Assembly (NCBI GenBank): GCA_963665275.2
Contig: CAXXIN010000004.1
Span: forward strand, 97,387 to 161,386
Length of the DNA: 64,000 nt
Direction of reading: 5' to 3'
Origin: Negativicutes bacterium
GTDB taxonomy: Bacteria > Bacillota > Negativicutes > UBA1444
Shown here one piece after another: positions 23,136-33,501 of this stretch. The notes under the pieces are model-generated. The model made no database searches. It was not told the DNA's origin and was given only the letters and a program-made list of their open reading frames with translations. Position numbers and translations under genes: made by a program. The number at the start of each line of letters is the position of its first letter. The first letter of the stretch is position 1.

Positions 23136-24365
23136 TCATGACCCCCTAATTTCACATTCAGATTCTTTGCACGAAGCAGATTCACAACGCTGTGAGATAT
23201 TGCCCCTTGTAGCATAAAGCGGTGACATGCTGCGCAGCCTTTCAACAATGGCTGGGAAAGCTTCCAAAAAATAATCTACATCTTCTTCTGTGTTGTCCGC
23301 CCCCAACGTCAGGCGCAACGACCCATGAGCCGTAGCGTGGTCCAGACCCATTGCCAACAGCACATGGGAAGGATCGAGAGAACCGGAGGTGCAGGCAGAA
23401 CCACTGGAAGCAGCAATCCCTTTCATATCCAGATTCAACAGCAAAGATTCACCTTCAACATAAATCACGCTAACATTCACATTACCTGGCAAACGCTTGG
23501 TTGGATGACCATTTAGTTTGATATCAGGGACCTTTGCCAAAATTCCGGCAAGCAACCTCTCCCTCAACTGGGTTGTGAAACGAATTTTCTCGTCCAGTCC
23601 AAGACGGGCCTTTTCAGCCGCCATGCCCAAGCCGACGATGCCGGGAACGTTTTCCGTGCCAGGACGCAAATGCCGTTCCTGACCGCCGCCCTGAATAATC
23701 GATCGTAAACGAACTCCCTTGCGGACATAAAGTGCGCCGATCCCTTTGGGGGCATTGAACTTATGACCGGACATCGTGAGCAGATCGATGTTCATCGCTT
23801 TGACGTCAATCGGCCAATTCCCCACTGCCTGAACAGAATCCGTATGAAAATAAATACCTTTTTCTTTGGCGAGTGCGCCGATTTCCGTAATCGGTTGAAT
23901 CGTTCCCACTTCATTATTGGCGAACATCACACTGATCAGGATGGTTTCCGGTTTTATGGCCGCCTTCACCGCTTCAACATCAACCATTCCGAATTCATCG
24001 ACAGGCAGAACGGTGATGTCAAAACCTTCTTTTTTTAGTTCATCACAAGGTTCAAGAACTGCATGGTGTTCGATTGCAGAGGTAATGATGTGGTTTCCCC
24101 GGCTACGGTTGGCATAAGCAATGCCTTTCAAAGCAATATTGTCACTTTCCGTTCCGCCGGAAGTAAAAAACATTTCGTTCGGCTGCGCATTGATCAGTTT
24201 TGCGACTTGTTCACGCGCTTCATCAACAGCTTGTCGACCTTGCCTACCGAACCAATGAACGCTGCCCGGATTACCAAAAAAATCCGTCATATACTCTACG
24301 ACTTTTTTTGCAATGACAGGATCAGTTGGAGTGGTTGCCGCATGGTCAAAGTATATTCTCTTCAT
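23136..24365 (-). CDS. iscS: Cysteine desulfurase IscS/NifS
   Basis: YFDHAATT, FTSGGTES, SGHKFNAPKG, SSGSACTS. Confidence 0.97.
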   Translation of the reverse strand: MKRIYFDHAATTPTDPVIAKKVVEYMTDFFGNPGSVHWFGRQGRQAVDEAREQVAKLINAQPNEMFFTSGGTESDNIALKGIAYANRSRGNHIITSAIEHHAVLEPCDELKKEGFDITVLPVDEFGMVDVEAVKAAIKPETILISVMFANNEVGTIQPITEIGALAKEKGIYFHTDSVQAVGNWPIDVKAMNIDLLTMSGHKFNAPKGIGALYVRKGVRLRSIIQGGGQERHLRPGTENVPGIVGLGMAAEKARLGLDEKIRFTTQLRERLLAGILAKVPDIKLNGHPTKRLPGNVNVSVIYVEGESLLLNLDMKGIAASSGSACTSGSLDPSHVLLAMGLDHATAHGSLRLTLGADNTEEDVDYFLEAFPAIVERLRSMSPLYATRGNISQRCESASCKESECEIRGS

Positions 24366-24823
24366 GATTTCTGTTCGCCTCTTTCTTTCTCTTCGTTCAC
24401 CCTTTGTGCATCCGCGCACAGGCTTGCCAAGGAAATTGAATCTAAAGCTTCGGAGATACTCTCTCCCATTTTGAGCCATATGTTTCTGCGAATACAATCT
24501 TGCGACTTATTGCAGTACGGGTTGTTTTTTCCTCCATCAGCCAAGAGGCAATCGACCGGAGCAATTGGCCCTTCCATAGCCCGTACAATGTCACCTACAG
24601 TAATGGCCGCCGGATCCCTGGCCAGAACATATCCCCCCTGCGCGCCACGGATACTGCGAACGAATCCGGCATTACGCAAATTGGACATTAACTGCTCCAG
24701 ATAATGTTCTGAGACTTGCTGCCTCTCGGCAACGCTGCGCAAAGCCACCGGCCCTTTGCCGTATTGTTGCGCTATATCCACCATGGCCGCAACACCATAA
24801 CGGCTTTTCGTTGATACTTTCAT
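24362..24823 (-). CDS. Rrf2 family regulator (IscR/CymR-like)
   Basis: STKSRYG, YLEQL, SIRGAQGGY, EGPIAPVDC and two further Cys. Confidence 0.93.
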   Translation of the reverse strand: MKVSTKSRYGVAAMVDIAQQYGKGPVALRSVAERQQVSEHYLEQLMSNLRNAGFVRSIRGAQGGYVLARDPAAITVGDIVRAMEGPIAPVDCLLADGGKNNPYCNKSQDCIRRNIWLKMGESISEALDSISLASLCADAQRVNEEKERGEQKS

Positions 24824-24836
24824 ATGAGCTCCTCTT

Positions 24837-24896
24837 ATTCCGACTAATTTAATCGGATTTACGTTTAAAATATAACATAAACGCTCGGAATAGTCA
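24837..24896 (-). promoter_or_regulatory. SigA promoter and IscR-type operator for the rrf2-iscS-iscU operon
   Basis: Minus strand TTGACT-N17-TATATT; palindrome TCCGA-N9-TCGGA within 24837-24860, downstream of the -10 box. Confidence 0.65.
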
Positions 24897-24916
24897 AAGC
24901 TCTTTAAAAAATTTAT

Positions 24917-26257
24917 TCAGTCTATTGGAACAGGCTTTTTGCGAGCTGCCATTCGCGCCCGAATGTCCTTTTCACGCCCGTGGTCCGTCGGTTGGTAATA
25001 AGAAGACCCCTGCAAAGAATCCGGCAGATATTGTTGGGGGACATAACCGTCCGGATAGTCATGAGGGTAACGGTAGCCTACGCCATGTCCCAGCAACTGG
25101 GCCCCCCGATAGTGGCTGTCGCGCAAGTGAGGCGGTACTCCGCCGCAATCGCGATCCCTGACATCGCTTTGAGCACGGTCGATCGCCACATAGGCAGCAT
25201 TACTCTTGGGCGCCGTTGCAATGTATACCACTGCCTGAGCCAAAGGGATACGAGCCTCCGGCCATCCCACCAGCTCCGCTGCCTGCATGGCGGATACCGC
25301 CAGCATCAACGCCACAGGGTCGGCATTTCCCACATCTTCCGCCGCGCAGATAACAATACGGCGGGCAATGAACCGGGGGTCTTCGCCGCCTTCGATCATC
25401 CGGGCGAAATAATGCAGTGCGGCATCCGGGTCGGAACCCCGCATGCTCTTGATGAAAGCCGAGGTAACGTCATAATGGTTGTCGCCTTTTTTATCATAGG
25501 ACTGGAGTTTTTCTGCGGCAACGGTTTCAACGATGTCGCGAGTCAGCACGACGCCCTGTTGAGGGTCGCCTGATTCTCCCGTCAGCAACAGAACCATCTG
25601 CTCAAGTAGGTTCAGCGCCGCGCGGGCATCGCCTCCGGCACGATCTGACAGAATTCCCAGCACTTCATCTTCTACACTGACCGGTATTTTTCCGAGGCCC
25701 CGCTCCTCATCCGCTAGTGCCAGCCGCAGGATGCCGATGATTTCTCCTCGCGTCAGAGCCTTGAGTCTCAGTACACGCATACGGGAGAGCAATGGCGAAT
25801 TAACTTCAAAATAAGGATTTTCGGTAGTCGCGCCAATTAATACGATCGTGCCGTTTTCGACATGCGGCAGCAGCGCATCCTGCTGGCCCTTGTTGAAACG
25901 ATGAATCTCATCGATGAACAGGATCGTTCCCCTGTTGGAGGTGAGCAAGCGCTCCCGCGCTTTTTCCACGGCCTTGCGAATATCCGCCACGCCAGCGGAA
26001 ACCGCATTCATCTCTTCGAAATGAGAGCCTGTGGAATGCGCGACAATATTCGCCAGAGTCGTTTTCCCTGTTCCCGGGGGACCAAAAAACAACAAAGACG
26101 GCACGGAGTCAGCCTGAATAACCCGGCGCAGAAAGCGTCCGGCGCCTACGAGTTCCTCCTGGCCAATAAACTCATCGAGGGTCCGGGGTCGCATGCGCAG
26201 CGCCAGGGGTTCATTTTTTTGCGTCCGCATCGTCATTTGCTCGGCAAAGAGATCCAT
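24917..26257 (-). CDS. rarA: Replication-associated recombination protein A (AAA+ ATPase)
   Basis: PLALRMRP, GPPGTGKT, DEIHRFNK, GATTENP, SAFIKSMRGSDPDA. Confidence 0.96.
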   Translation of the reverse strand: MDLFAEQMTMRTQKNEPLALRMRPRTLDEFIGQEELVGAGRFLRRVIQADSVPSLLFFGPPGTGKTTLANIVAHSTGSHFEEMNAVSAGVADIRKAVEKARERLLTSNRGTILFIDEIHRFNKGQQDALLPHVENGTIVLIGATTENPYFEVNSPLLSRMRVLRLKALTRGEIIGILRLALADEERGLGKIPVSVEDEVLGILSDRAGGDARAALNLLEQMVLLLTGESGDPQQGVVLTRDIVETVAAEKLQSYDKKGDNHYDVTSAFIKSMRGSDPDAALHYFARMIEGGEDPRFIARRIVICAAEDVGNADPVALMLAVSAMQAAELVGWPEARIPLAQAVVYIATAPKSNAAYVAIDRAQSDVRDRDCGGVPPHLRDSHYRGAQLLGHGVGYRYPHDYPDGYVPQQYLPDSLQGSSYYQPTDHGREKDIRARMAARKKPVPID

Positions 26258-26260
26258 GGC

Positions 26261-27295
26261 TTAGCCCTTTTGCAGCAGCCGGTGCAGCGTATCGACCACT
26301 TTATTGATCTCGACCGGGGTGATCCCGTGGTGCGTTACCATCCGGATGCGATATTCGCCGAACAGGCTGACCAAGATCCCGGCCTTCTTCAATTTATCTG
26401 CGAAATCCGCCGCTTTCACGCCCATGCGGGACACGTCAACGATCACAATGTTGGTCTGTACTGTAGACAGGTCTAACGCAAAGCCCGCCACAGCCAACCC
26501 TTCCGCCAACTGCCGCGCGTTGACATGGTCTTCCGCCAATCGTTCGACCATGCTCTGCAGGCCGACAATACCGGCAGCTGCCAGTATCCCTGCCTGACGC
26601 ATGCCGCCGCCCAGCATTTTGCGATATCGGCGGGCTTTGGCGATGAAATCGGCGCGCCCCACAATCAAGGTTCCCACCGGAGCGCACAACCCTTTGGATA
26701 GACAAAACTGAACCGAATCCGAGTATTGAGCAATCTTATCCACGGTTACACCTTGAGCGACAGCCGCGTTAAACAAACGCGCGCCATCGATATGAATAGG
26801 AACCTTGTGACGATCGGCAACTTTGCGAATAGCAGAGAGGGTTTCCAGCGGATAGCAGGTTCCTCCCGCCCGGTTGTGCGTATCTTCCAGGCAGATCAGC
26901 GCGCTTTTCGGTTGGTGAATATCCTGCGGGCGAATCGCCGCCTCGATCGTCTCTGCACTCAAAATCCCCTTGACCGACGGAAGAGTTCGGGCCTGCACGC
27001 CAGACAGCACTGCCAGCCCAGCCACTTCGTAAAAGAAGATATGCGATTCCGCTTCGCAGATCACCTCATCACCGCGATTGGTATGGGTCATGACAGCCAC
27101 CTGATTCCCCATAGTGCCGCTGGCCACGAACAGCCCCGCCTCTTTTCCGGTCATGCGGGCGCCCAGCGTTTCCAGTTCGATGATGGTTGGATCCTCACCG
27201 TAAACGTCGTCCCCCACTTCGGCCCGATACATTGCATCCCGCATTTTCTGCGTCGGCTGAGTGACCGTATCACTGCGTAAATCAATAATATTCAT
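26261..27295 (-). CDS. ltaE: Low-specificity L-threonine aldolase
   Basis: DLRSDTVT, GDDVYGEDPT, HIDGARLFNA, CLSKGLCAPVG, GGGMRQAG. Confidence 0.95.
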   Translation of the reverse strand: MNIIDLRSDTVTQPTQKMRDAMYRAEVGDDVYGEDPTIIELETLGARMTGKEAGLFVASGTMGNQVAVMTHTNRGDEVICEAESHIFFYEVAGLAVLSGVQARTLPSVKGILSAETIEAAIRPQDIHQPKSALICLEDTHNRAGGTCYPLETLSAIRKVADRHKVPIHIDGARLFNAAVAQGVTVDKIAQYSDSVQFCLSKGLCAPVGTLIVGRADFIAKARRYRKMLGGGMRQAGILAAAGIVGLQSMVERLAEDHVNARQLAEGLAVAGFALDLSTVQTNIVIVDVSRMGVKAADFADKLKKAGILVSLFGEYRIRMVTHHGITPVEINKVVDTLHRLLQKG

Positions 27296-27394
27296 TTAAT
27301 TCCACGATCCCTTCAAAAAAATCATATTCATTATTATGTTCTGCCTGTCTGGCAACAATCCTGCCATATTCCATAATTAAAAAAAGACAAAAAT

Positions 27395-27571
27395 ATCCCC
27401 GCGATGCCGTTTTCGCCCGTGTTTTGAATCCTGCCCCAGGCAGGTGGGTGCGTGCCTGATCGCTTTATGAGTCCCCGAACAAGCAGGGCATTCACGCAAC
27501 GGTCAGAGACAGTGCTCCCAATGTGAAAGTGTTGGATCAAAACATTAGACGTGTACGTACACAGCAGGGAT
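27395..27571 (-). ncRNA. ssrS: 6S RNA
   Basis: About 177 nt with pairing ends (ATCCCTGC / GCGGGGAT) and internal TTTTGATCC / GGATTCAAAA, TGGGAGC / GCACCCA. It lies between aspS and rarA as in Firmicutes, with an upstream TTGCCA-N17-TACACT promoter. Confidence 0.85.
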
Positions 27572-27647
27572 AAAAAACCTATTCAATTATTCGGTCTACT
27601 TAGAGTGTACCAGACTTTGGCGCTACTGGCAACTTGAGTGGTGAAGT

Positions 27648-29444
27648 TTACTTGGGGACCTTCTTGGCTGCGATTTCGGTGCGGATCGACAGCTCCTTCA
27701 GCTGGCGCAGGGAAACTTCCGAAGGCGCCTGTGTCATGACATCCGCTGCGCTTTGAGTTTTCGGGAAAGCAATGACATCACGAATCGATGAACGCTTGGC
27801 CATCAACATGATCAGGCGGTCCAAGCCAAAAGCGATACCTCCATGCGGCGGCGTACCATACTCAAAAGCCTCCAGTAAGAATCCGAATTTTTCATTGGCT
27901 TCCTCTGGTGTAAATCCAATAGCATTGAATATTCTTTCCTGCACTTCCCGCTGAAATATTCGGATACTGCCACCACCGATTTCGGTGCCGTTCAGGACCA
28001 TGTCGTAGGCCTTCGCCTTGATCCGGCCCGGATCGCTCTCTAAATACTGGAGGTCTTCGTCACGCGGGGAGGTAAACATATGGTGCATCGCGACATAACG
28101 TTTTTCTTCCTCGTCATACTCAAACATCGGGAAGTCGAGAACCCAGGTGAAGGCCAGCTTGTCCGGGTCAATCAGGTTCATCCGGCGCGCCATTTCCAGA
28201 CGCAGCTGCCCCATCGCATTGACCGCGACACCCGGTTTGTCCGCAATAATGAGCACCATGTCGCCTTCTTCGGCTTGCGCCGCTTTGCGAATGTTTTCCA
28301 GCTGCTCCTCGCTGAAGAATTTGGAAATCTGCGATTTGAGCCCTTCTGCCGTATAACCGATCCAGGCCATCCCTTTGGCACCATATTGACCGACATAATT
28401 CACGAGACCGTCGAGTTCACGCCGCGGAATCGCCGCATTTCCCTTGACATTGATGCCTTTGATACAGCCGCCGGCAGCCAGCACCGACTCAAACACCTTG
28501 AATTCCGAGCCACGCATCGCGTCCGACAGATCAAAAATCTCCATGTCAAAACGAATATCCGGTTTATCCGAACCGTATTTTTCCATAGCCTCATCATAGG
28601 ACAACCGCTTCATCGGCAGTTGCAGATCGGCGCCGATGGCAATCTTGAACACTTCGGCAATCATGGTTTCCATGATGGTAAGGATGTCGTCACGCTCGAC
28701 AAAGGACATTTCCACGTCCAGTTGGGTAAACTCTGGCTGGCGGTCCGCCCGCAGATCTTCGTCACGGAAGCAGCGGACAATCTGGAAATACCGTTCCATG
28801 CCGGCCACCATCAGGATCTGTTTGAAAATCTGCGGGGACTGCGGCAGCGCATAAAATTTACCGGGGTTAACGCGACTGGGGACCAGATAGTCCCGCGCGC
28901 CTTCCGGGGTGCTCTTCGTCAGCATCGGGGTTTCAACTTCGATGAAATCGCGGCGGTCAAAGAAATCGCGCATAGCCTTGGCCACACGATGCCGCAGGAT
29001 CAGATTGTGCTGCATCTCTGGACGACGGAGATCCAGATACCGGTATTTGAGCCGGACGGTTTCATCCACGTCCACATTGTCCTGAATATAAAACGGCGGT
29101 GTTTTGGCCGGATTCAGAATCCGGATTTCTTCCCCGCAAACTTCCACGGTCCCGGTTTCCATGAGCGGGTTCACCGTATCCGCTGACCGCAGTCTCACGC
29201 TTCCGCGGACGCTGATGACGAACTCGGTCCGAACTCCATCGGCCTTAGTCAGCGCTGCTGTATCGATTTCCGGCGAAAACACGGCCTGCACGATACCCGA
29301 ACGATCCCGCAGATCGATGAAAATCAGTCCACCATGGTCCCGTTGCCGCGAGACCCACCCGCAAAGCACTACTTCCGTTCCGGCGTCTTCGGCGCGTAGC
29401 GCCCCGCATCCATGAGTCCTCTTCATTCCTGCCAACGTATCCAT
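27648..29444 (-). CDS. aspS: Aspartate--tRNA ligase
   Basis: RDHGGLIFIDLRD, LPQSPQIFKQ, FRDEDLRADRQPEFTQLD, PPHGGIAFGLDR. Confidence 0.99.
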   Translation of the reverse strand: MDTLAGMKRTHGCGALRAEDAGTEVVLCGWVSRQRDHGGLIFIDLRDRSGIVQAVFSPEIDTAALTKADGVRTEFVISVRGSVRLRSADTVNPLMETGTVEVCGEEIRILNPAKTPPFYIQDNVDVDETVRLKYRYLDLRRPEMQHNLILRHRVAKAMRDFFDRRDFIEVETPMLTKSTPEGARDYLVPSRVNPGKFYALPQSPQIFKQILMVAGMERYFQIVRCFRDEDLRADRQPEFTQLDVEMSFVERDDILTIMETMIAEVFKIAIGADLQLPMKRLSYDEAMEKYGSDKPDIRFDMEIFDLSDAMRGSEFKVFESVLAAGGCIKGINVKGNAAIPRRELDGLVNYVGQYGAKGMAWIGYTAEGLKSQISKFFSEEQLENIRKAAQAEEGDMVLIIADKPGVAVNAMGQLRLEMARRMNLIDPDKLAFTWVLDFPMFEYDEEEKRYVAMHHMFTSPRDEDLQYLESDPGRIKAKAYDMVLNGTEIGGGSIRIFQREVQERIFNAIGFTPEEANEKFGFLLEAFEYGTPPHGGIAFGLDRLIMLMAKRSSIRDVIAFPKTQSAADVMTQAPSEVSLRQLKELSIRTEIAAKKVPK

Positions 29445-29445
29445 A

Positions 29446-30711
29446 TCAGCCGTTCATCTCCTGTTTCAATTGTTTGACCGCCTCATCCGCGGATATCAAT
29501 GCCTGTTCGCCGGTTGTCATGTTTTTCAGCGTCACCTGATGGGTGCGGGCTTCGTCCTCACCAATGATGGCAACATAACGGGCCTGCGTACGATTCGCCT
29601 GTTTCATCTGTGATTTGAGACTACGTCCGCCGTGGTCCATATCCGAGGATATTCCCAGCTGGCGCAGACGCATCAGCAAGGAATAGGCCGGCAGAGAAGC
29701 TTCTTTCCCAAGGGGAATGACCCACACCGGAACAACGTCTTCAGCTGGGTCGAGCAGGGCTTGTTTTTCCATCGCGAGCAGCACCCGCTCCAGCCCGATG
29801 GCAAAACCGATGCCGGGAGTCGCGGGTCCGCCGCACTCCTCGATCAGTCCGTCGTAACGGCCGCCGCCGCAGACAGCGCTCTGCGCCCCGAGGAGCGGAT
29901 ACTGGATCTCGAAGGCGGTTTTCGTATAATAGTCCAACCCCCGCACCAGGCGTGGATTCAGTGTATAAGATATTTTCGCCGCGTCCAGGAATTGCCGTAG
30001 GCCAGCGAAGTGTTCCGCGCATTCATCGCACAGGCAATCGACCATCTGTGGGGCGCCGGCAGACAACTGGTTGCACTTTTCTTCCTTGCAGTCCAGTATC
30101 CGCATCGGGTTGCGGTCATAACGCGACTGACAGTTGCCGCACAGCTGATCCTTCTTGTCCTGCAGGAACTCCTGCAGCACCAGACGGTATTGGGGGCGGC
30201 ATTTGGGACAGCCCACGGAATTGATCAGCAGATTGAGGTCTTTCAAGCCCAGCTTTTCAAAAAAGCGAACCGCCAGTTCGATGATTTCCGCATCCACCGA
30301 AGGTCCAGCAGGCCCGATCGCCTCGATGCCGAATTGGTGGAACTGCCTGAGACGCCCTGCCTGGGGCCGGTCATATCGGAACATGGGTCCGATGTAAAAC
30401 AGTTTCGCAGCCTGCGCTTCGGCATAAAGTTTCTGTTCCAGATAGGAACGAACAACAGCAGCGGTATTTTCCGGCCGCAGAGTAACGCTGCGGTTTCCCC
30501 TGTCGGTAAACGTGTACATTTCTTTTTGCACCACATCGGTTGTTTCGCCAATCCCGCGTAAAAACAACTCCGTATGCTCAAAAATCGGCGTACGGATTTC
30601 TCCGTAGTGGTAAACCTCACAGATTTTTCTGGCTGTCTCTTCCACCCTGCGCCAGTTCTTTGCTTCCGCAGGGATGATGTCATGCGTGCCGCGCGGCCCG
30701 GTGGTCAACAT
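29446..30711 (-). CDS. hisS: Histidine--tRNA ligase
   Basis: LRPENTA, RPQAGRLRQFHQ, LVRGLDYY, GGGRYDGL, GFAIGLER. Confidence 0.99.
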   Translation of the reverse strand: MLTTGPRGTHDIIPAEAKNWRRVEETARKICEVYHYGEIRTPIFEHTELFLRGIGETTDVVQKEMYTFTDRGNRSVTLRPENTAAVVRSYLEQKLYAEAQAAKLFYIGPMFRYDRPQAGRLRQFHQFGIEAIGPAGPSVDAEIIELAVRFFEKLGLKDLNLLINSVGCPKCRPQYRLVLQEFLQDKKDQLCGNCQSRYDRNPMRILDCKEEKCNQLSAGAPQMVDCLCDECAEHFAGLRQFLDAAKISYTLNPRLVRGLDYYTKTAFEIQYPLLGAQSAVCGGGRYDGLIEECGGPATPGIGFAIGLERVLLAMEKQALLDPAEDVVPVWVIPLGKEASLPAYSLLMRLRQLGISSDMDHGGRSLKSQMKQANRTQARYVAIIGEDEARTHQVTLKNMTTGEQALISADEAVKQLKQEMNG

Positions 30712-30726
30712 AATGGGTTCCCCCCG

Positions 30727-31941
30727 TTACTTTTTCTGCGTTGCGTGGACCTCGAAACTATCTTCAATCAACCGCTCCCGTTTGGCGGCAAGTTCACTGA
30801 TTCGCTTGATATAAGTGGGAATATCTTTGGGAAAATGACAGCTGTCGAGTCGCCATTCTTCCTGAAAAATCGCTTTGGTCGCCGACGAGGGTCCCATACC
30901 GATGATCGTCCTACGCTCTTCGATCATGTCGATATTGTAAATGCATTCGGCTTGAGGACGCGTATAGCCTATGTTTTCCATCATCCCCGGCGAATTTTTC
31001 TGCCGATACAGATAATAGGGTTTCCAACCCCCGGCCCGGATGCGGGCCGACGCTTCTTCCACCATAGACTGAACCATGGCTGACGCAGGCATATCAGCCG
31101 CAGAAGAACAGTTCAGCAATTCGGCGCCCCTTTTGAGCGCCAGGGTGTGAACAGTGATGTTTTCCGGGTTCGCAGCCAAAACCTGAGTCAACGTCGACTG
31201 CATGTCAGAAAGGTCTTCGCCCGGCAGGCCAGCGATCAGGTCCATGTTGACCAGCTGAAATCCTGCGTCACGCACGAGCTGCAGTGCGCTCAGCGACTGC
31301 TCCGCCTGATGGCGGCGACCGATGCGATCCAGGGTCCTCTGCTGCATCGTCTGGGGATTTACACTGATACGGTCAGCACCGGCGCGGCGGATCATGGCAA
31401 CCTTTTCCCGGGTGATGCTGTCCGGGCGTCCCGCCTCGACTGTGAATTCTTTCAGGGCGGACGTATCAAACGACGATTGGATCAAATCCATCAGTTGGCC
31501 AAAATATTTTTCGGGCAGGCAAGTAGGCGTCCCGCCGCCAATATAGAGGGATTCGGCCTTCAGCCCATAAGTACTCAACAATTTTACCACAGCTTGTATA
31601 TCCTGTCCAATAGCCTGAAGCAGACAAGCAATCTGCCCCTCATCCGCCGGTAACAGTGCCGATGGAAAGGAGCAGTAAACGCAGCGGGATGAACAGTAAG
31701 GGATCCCCAGATAAAGCGAAACTTTGCGGCTTTCCGCCTCTTTCGTTTCAGGCATCGGCACAAAACGGCGATTATGGGAAGCCACTTCGATCAACAGCAA
31801 CGCCTTTTCGGTAGAAACGTCATAGCGGCTCTGCAAGAATTCCCGGATGAAATCCGGCTGTTCCCCTCTGTCCAACAACCGGTGGACAATTTTCGTCGGC
31901 CGCACACCTGTCAGTTTCCCCCAGGGCGCTGCGTTATTCAC
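30727..31941 (-). CDS. hemZ: HemZ-family radical SAM protein (HemN-like)
   Basis: PWGKLTGVRPTK, CSSRCVYCSF, YIGGGTPT, FTVEAGRPD, PYYLYRQK; probable GTG start overlapping the fur 3' end. Confidence 0.88.
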   Translation of the reverse strand: MNNAAPWGKLTGVRPTKIVHRLLDRGEQPDFIREFLQSRYDVSTEKALLLIEVASHNRRFVPMPETKEAESRKVSLYLGIPYCSSRCVYCSFPSALLPADEGQIACLLQAIGQDIQAVVKLLSTYGLKAESLYIGGGTPTCLPEKYFGQLMDLIQSSFDTSALKEFTVEAGRPDSITREKVAMIRRAGADRISVNPQTMQQRTLDRIGRRHQAEQSLSALQLVRDAGFQLVNMDLIAGLPGEDLSDMQSTLTQVLAANPENITVHTLALKRGAELLNCSSAADMPASAMVQSMVEEASARIRAGGWKPYYLYRQKNSPGMMENIGYTRPQAECIYNIDMIEERRTIIGMGPSSATKAIFQEEWRLDSCHFPKDIPTYIKRISELAAKRERLIEDSFEVHATQKK

Positions 31942-32386
31942 GGTCTTTCCGGCACTCACTGCAATACCCGTAAAATTTGACCTGATGGTCAGTAATCCGG
32001 AAATCAGCGGTCCGTGAGACAAAACTCTCCAATGTTTCCAACAAATCATCGTCAAATTCGATGACCTTGCTGCAGGAAAGACAGATCAGGTGATGATGCG
32101 CATGAGCCGATGACCCGGTAGCCAGTTCGTAGCGGCTCTTGCCGTCACCGAATTCAATACGGTGCAGAAACCCGAGTTCCTCCAGCATCTCCAGCGTCCG
32201 GTAAACCGTTGCCAGACCAATATCCGGCGCATCAGAACGCAGCAGCGAATATACGTCTTCGGCGCTTAAATGTTTCTCCCGATGTTCTATGAAGGCTTCC
32301 AGAATTTTTTGGCGCTGCGGAGTCACCTTATAGTGTTTTTCGCGAAATCTGCGCCGTAAATCGATCAAGTCGATGGACATTGACAC
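31934..32386 (-). CDS. Fur family transcriptional regulator
   Basis: KVTPQR, GLATVYRTL, HHHLICLSC, YGYCSEC. Confidence 0.94.
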   Translation of the reverse strand: MSMSIDLIDLRRRFREKHYKVTPQRQKILEAFIEHREKHLSAEDVYSLLRSDAPDIGLATVYRTLEMLEELGFLHRIEFGDGKSRYELATGSSAHAHHHLICLSCSKVIEFDDDLLETLESFVSRTADFRITDHQVKFYGYCSECRKDRE

Positions 32387-32410
32387 TCACCTGACTTTCG
32401 CGTCATTTCC

Positions 32411-33036
32411 TTATTGGATGAAAGGATTCTGCCGGCGCTCCCAGCCGATCGTGGTAGCAGGCCCATGGCCGGGATAGGCCTTGACATCGTCATCCAGGGT
32501 CATCAGTTTTGTCTTGATGCTGTCGATCAACTGACTGTAGGAACCACCGGGGAAATCCGTGCGGCCCGATGGATTCGGCAAACAAGGTGTCCCCGACAAA
32601 CACTTCCTTGTCAGCCAAGAGACTGATCCCGCCGGGTGTATGTCCCGGAGTGTGCAGCACCTTCAAGGTAAAATCGCCCACCGTCAGCACCTCGCCATCC
32701 TTCAGCAGGCGATCCGGCGTGCCGCAGCTGGTGGACTGCCCCAGATAAGCCGACAGGTTGCGCGAGGCCGCTGCCCAGCATATCGGCATCCGCGCTATGA
32801 ATCCACAGCGGAGCCCCGGTGGCCTCCTTCACTTTAACATTGGCCAGCACATGATCGGCGTGCCCATGCGTATTGATGATCGCTTCGACCGTCAATCCTT
32901 CCCGATTTACCGCCGCCAGAATCCGGGCGGCATCTCCGCCGGGATCGATGATCACCGCTTTTTTCGTATTTTCGCAATACGCAATGTAACAATTAGTCCC
33001 CAAACTGCCGACTTCCATCTGCAATACTTTCATCAT
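32411..33036 (-). pseudogene. MBL-fold metallo-hydrolase (glyoxalase II-like) with two apparent frameshifts, likely sequencing errors
   Basis: THGHADH, HTPGHTPG, GDTLF and GRTDFPGG..YPGHGP are spread over three frames. Confidence 0.82.
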
Positions 33037-33047
33037 TTTCCCCCTGC

Positions 33048-33501
33048 TCAGAAACTTTTTTTACTATCGATCAACAGGGTCACCGGTCCCTGCGTTTTTC
33101 GAGCGTAACCCGCATTTCAGCCTGAAAGCGTCCGCACTCCACGCCGATCCCTTTGGCACGCAAGTCGCAGACAAACTGTTCATACAAACTCCGGGCTACT
33201 TCAGCGGCAGCCGCCTGGTCGAATCCAGGCCGCCGGCCCTTGCGGCAATCCCCGTAAAGGGTGAATTGGGATATCGCCAAAATTTGTCCCGCCACATCCC
33301 AGCACCGAACGATTCATTTTACCTTCCGCATCTTCGAAAATCCGCAAATTGGCGATCTTGTCCGCGCATATATCCGGCATCATCCGCAGTATCCCCGCGG
33401 CCCACGCCCAATAGCACCGTGAGTCCCGCGCCGGCGCGTCCGACACATTCGCCCCCCACCGTCACATGGGACCATCCCGTTCGCTGCACCACCGCCCGCA
33501 T
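33048..33501 (-). pseudogene. dtd: D-aminoacyl-tRNA deacylase with three apparent frameshifts, likely sequencing errors
   Basis: [34 protein letters not shown] and GPVTLLIDS are in different frames; canonical position after rel. Confidence 0.85.

Noticed and set aside
27334-27540. 68-aa minus-strand ORF
   Set aside because: It overlaps the 6S RNA, which explains the region better.
32411-33501. Programmed ribosomal frameshifting in dtd or the MBL hydrolase
   Set aside because: There are several shifts per gene and no recognisable slippery-site structure; sequencing error is simpler.
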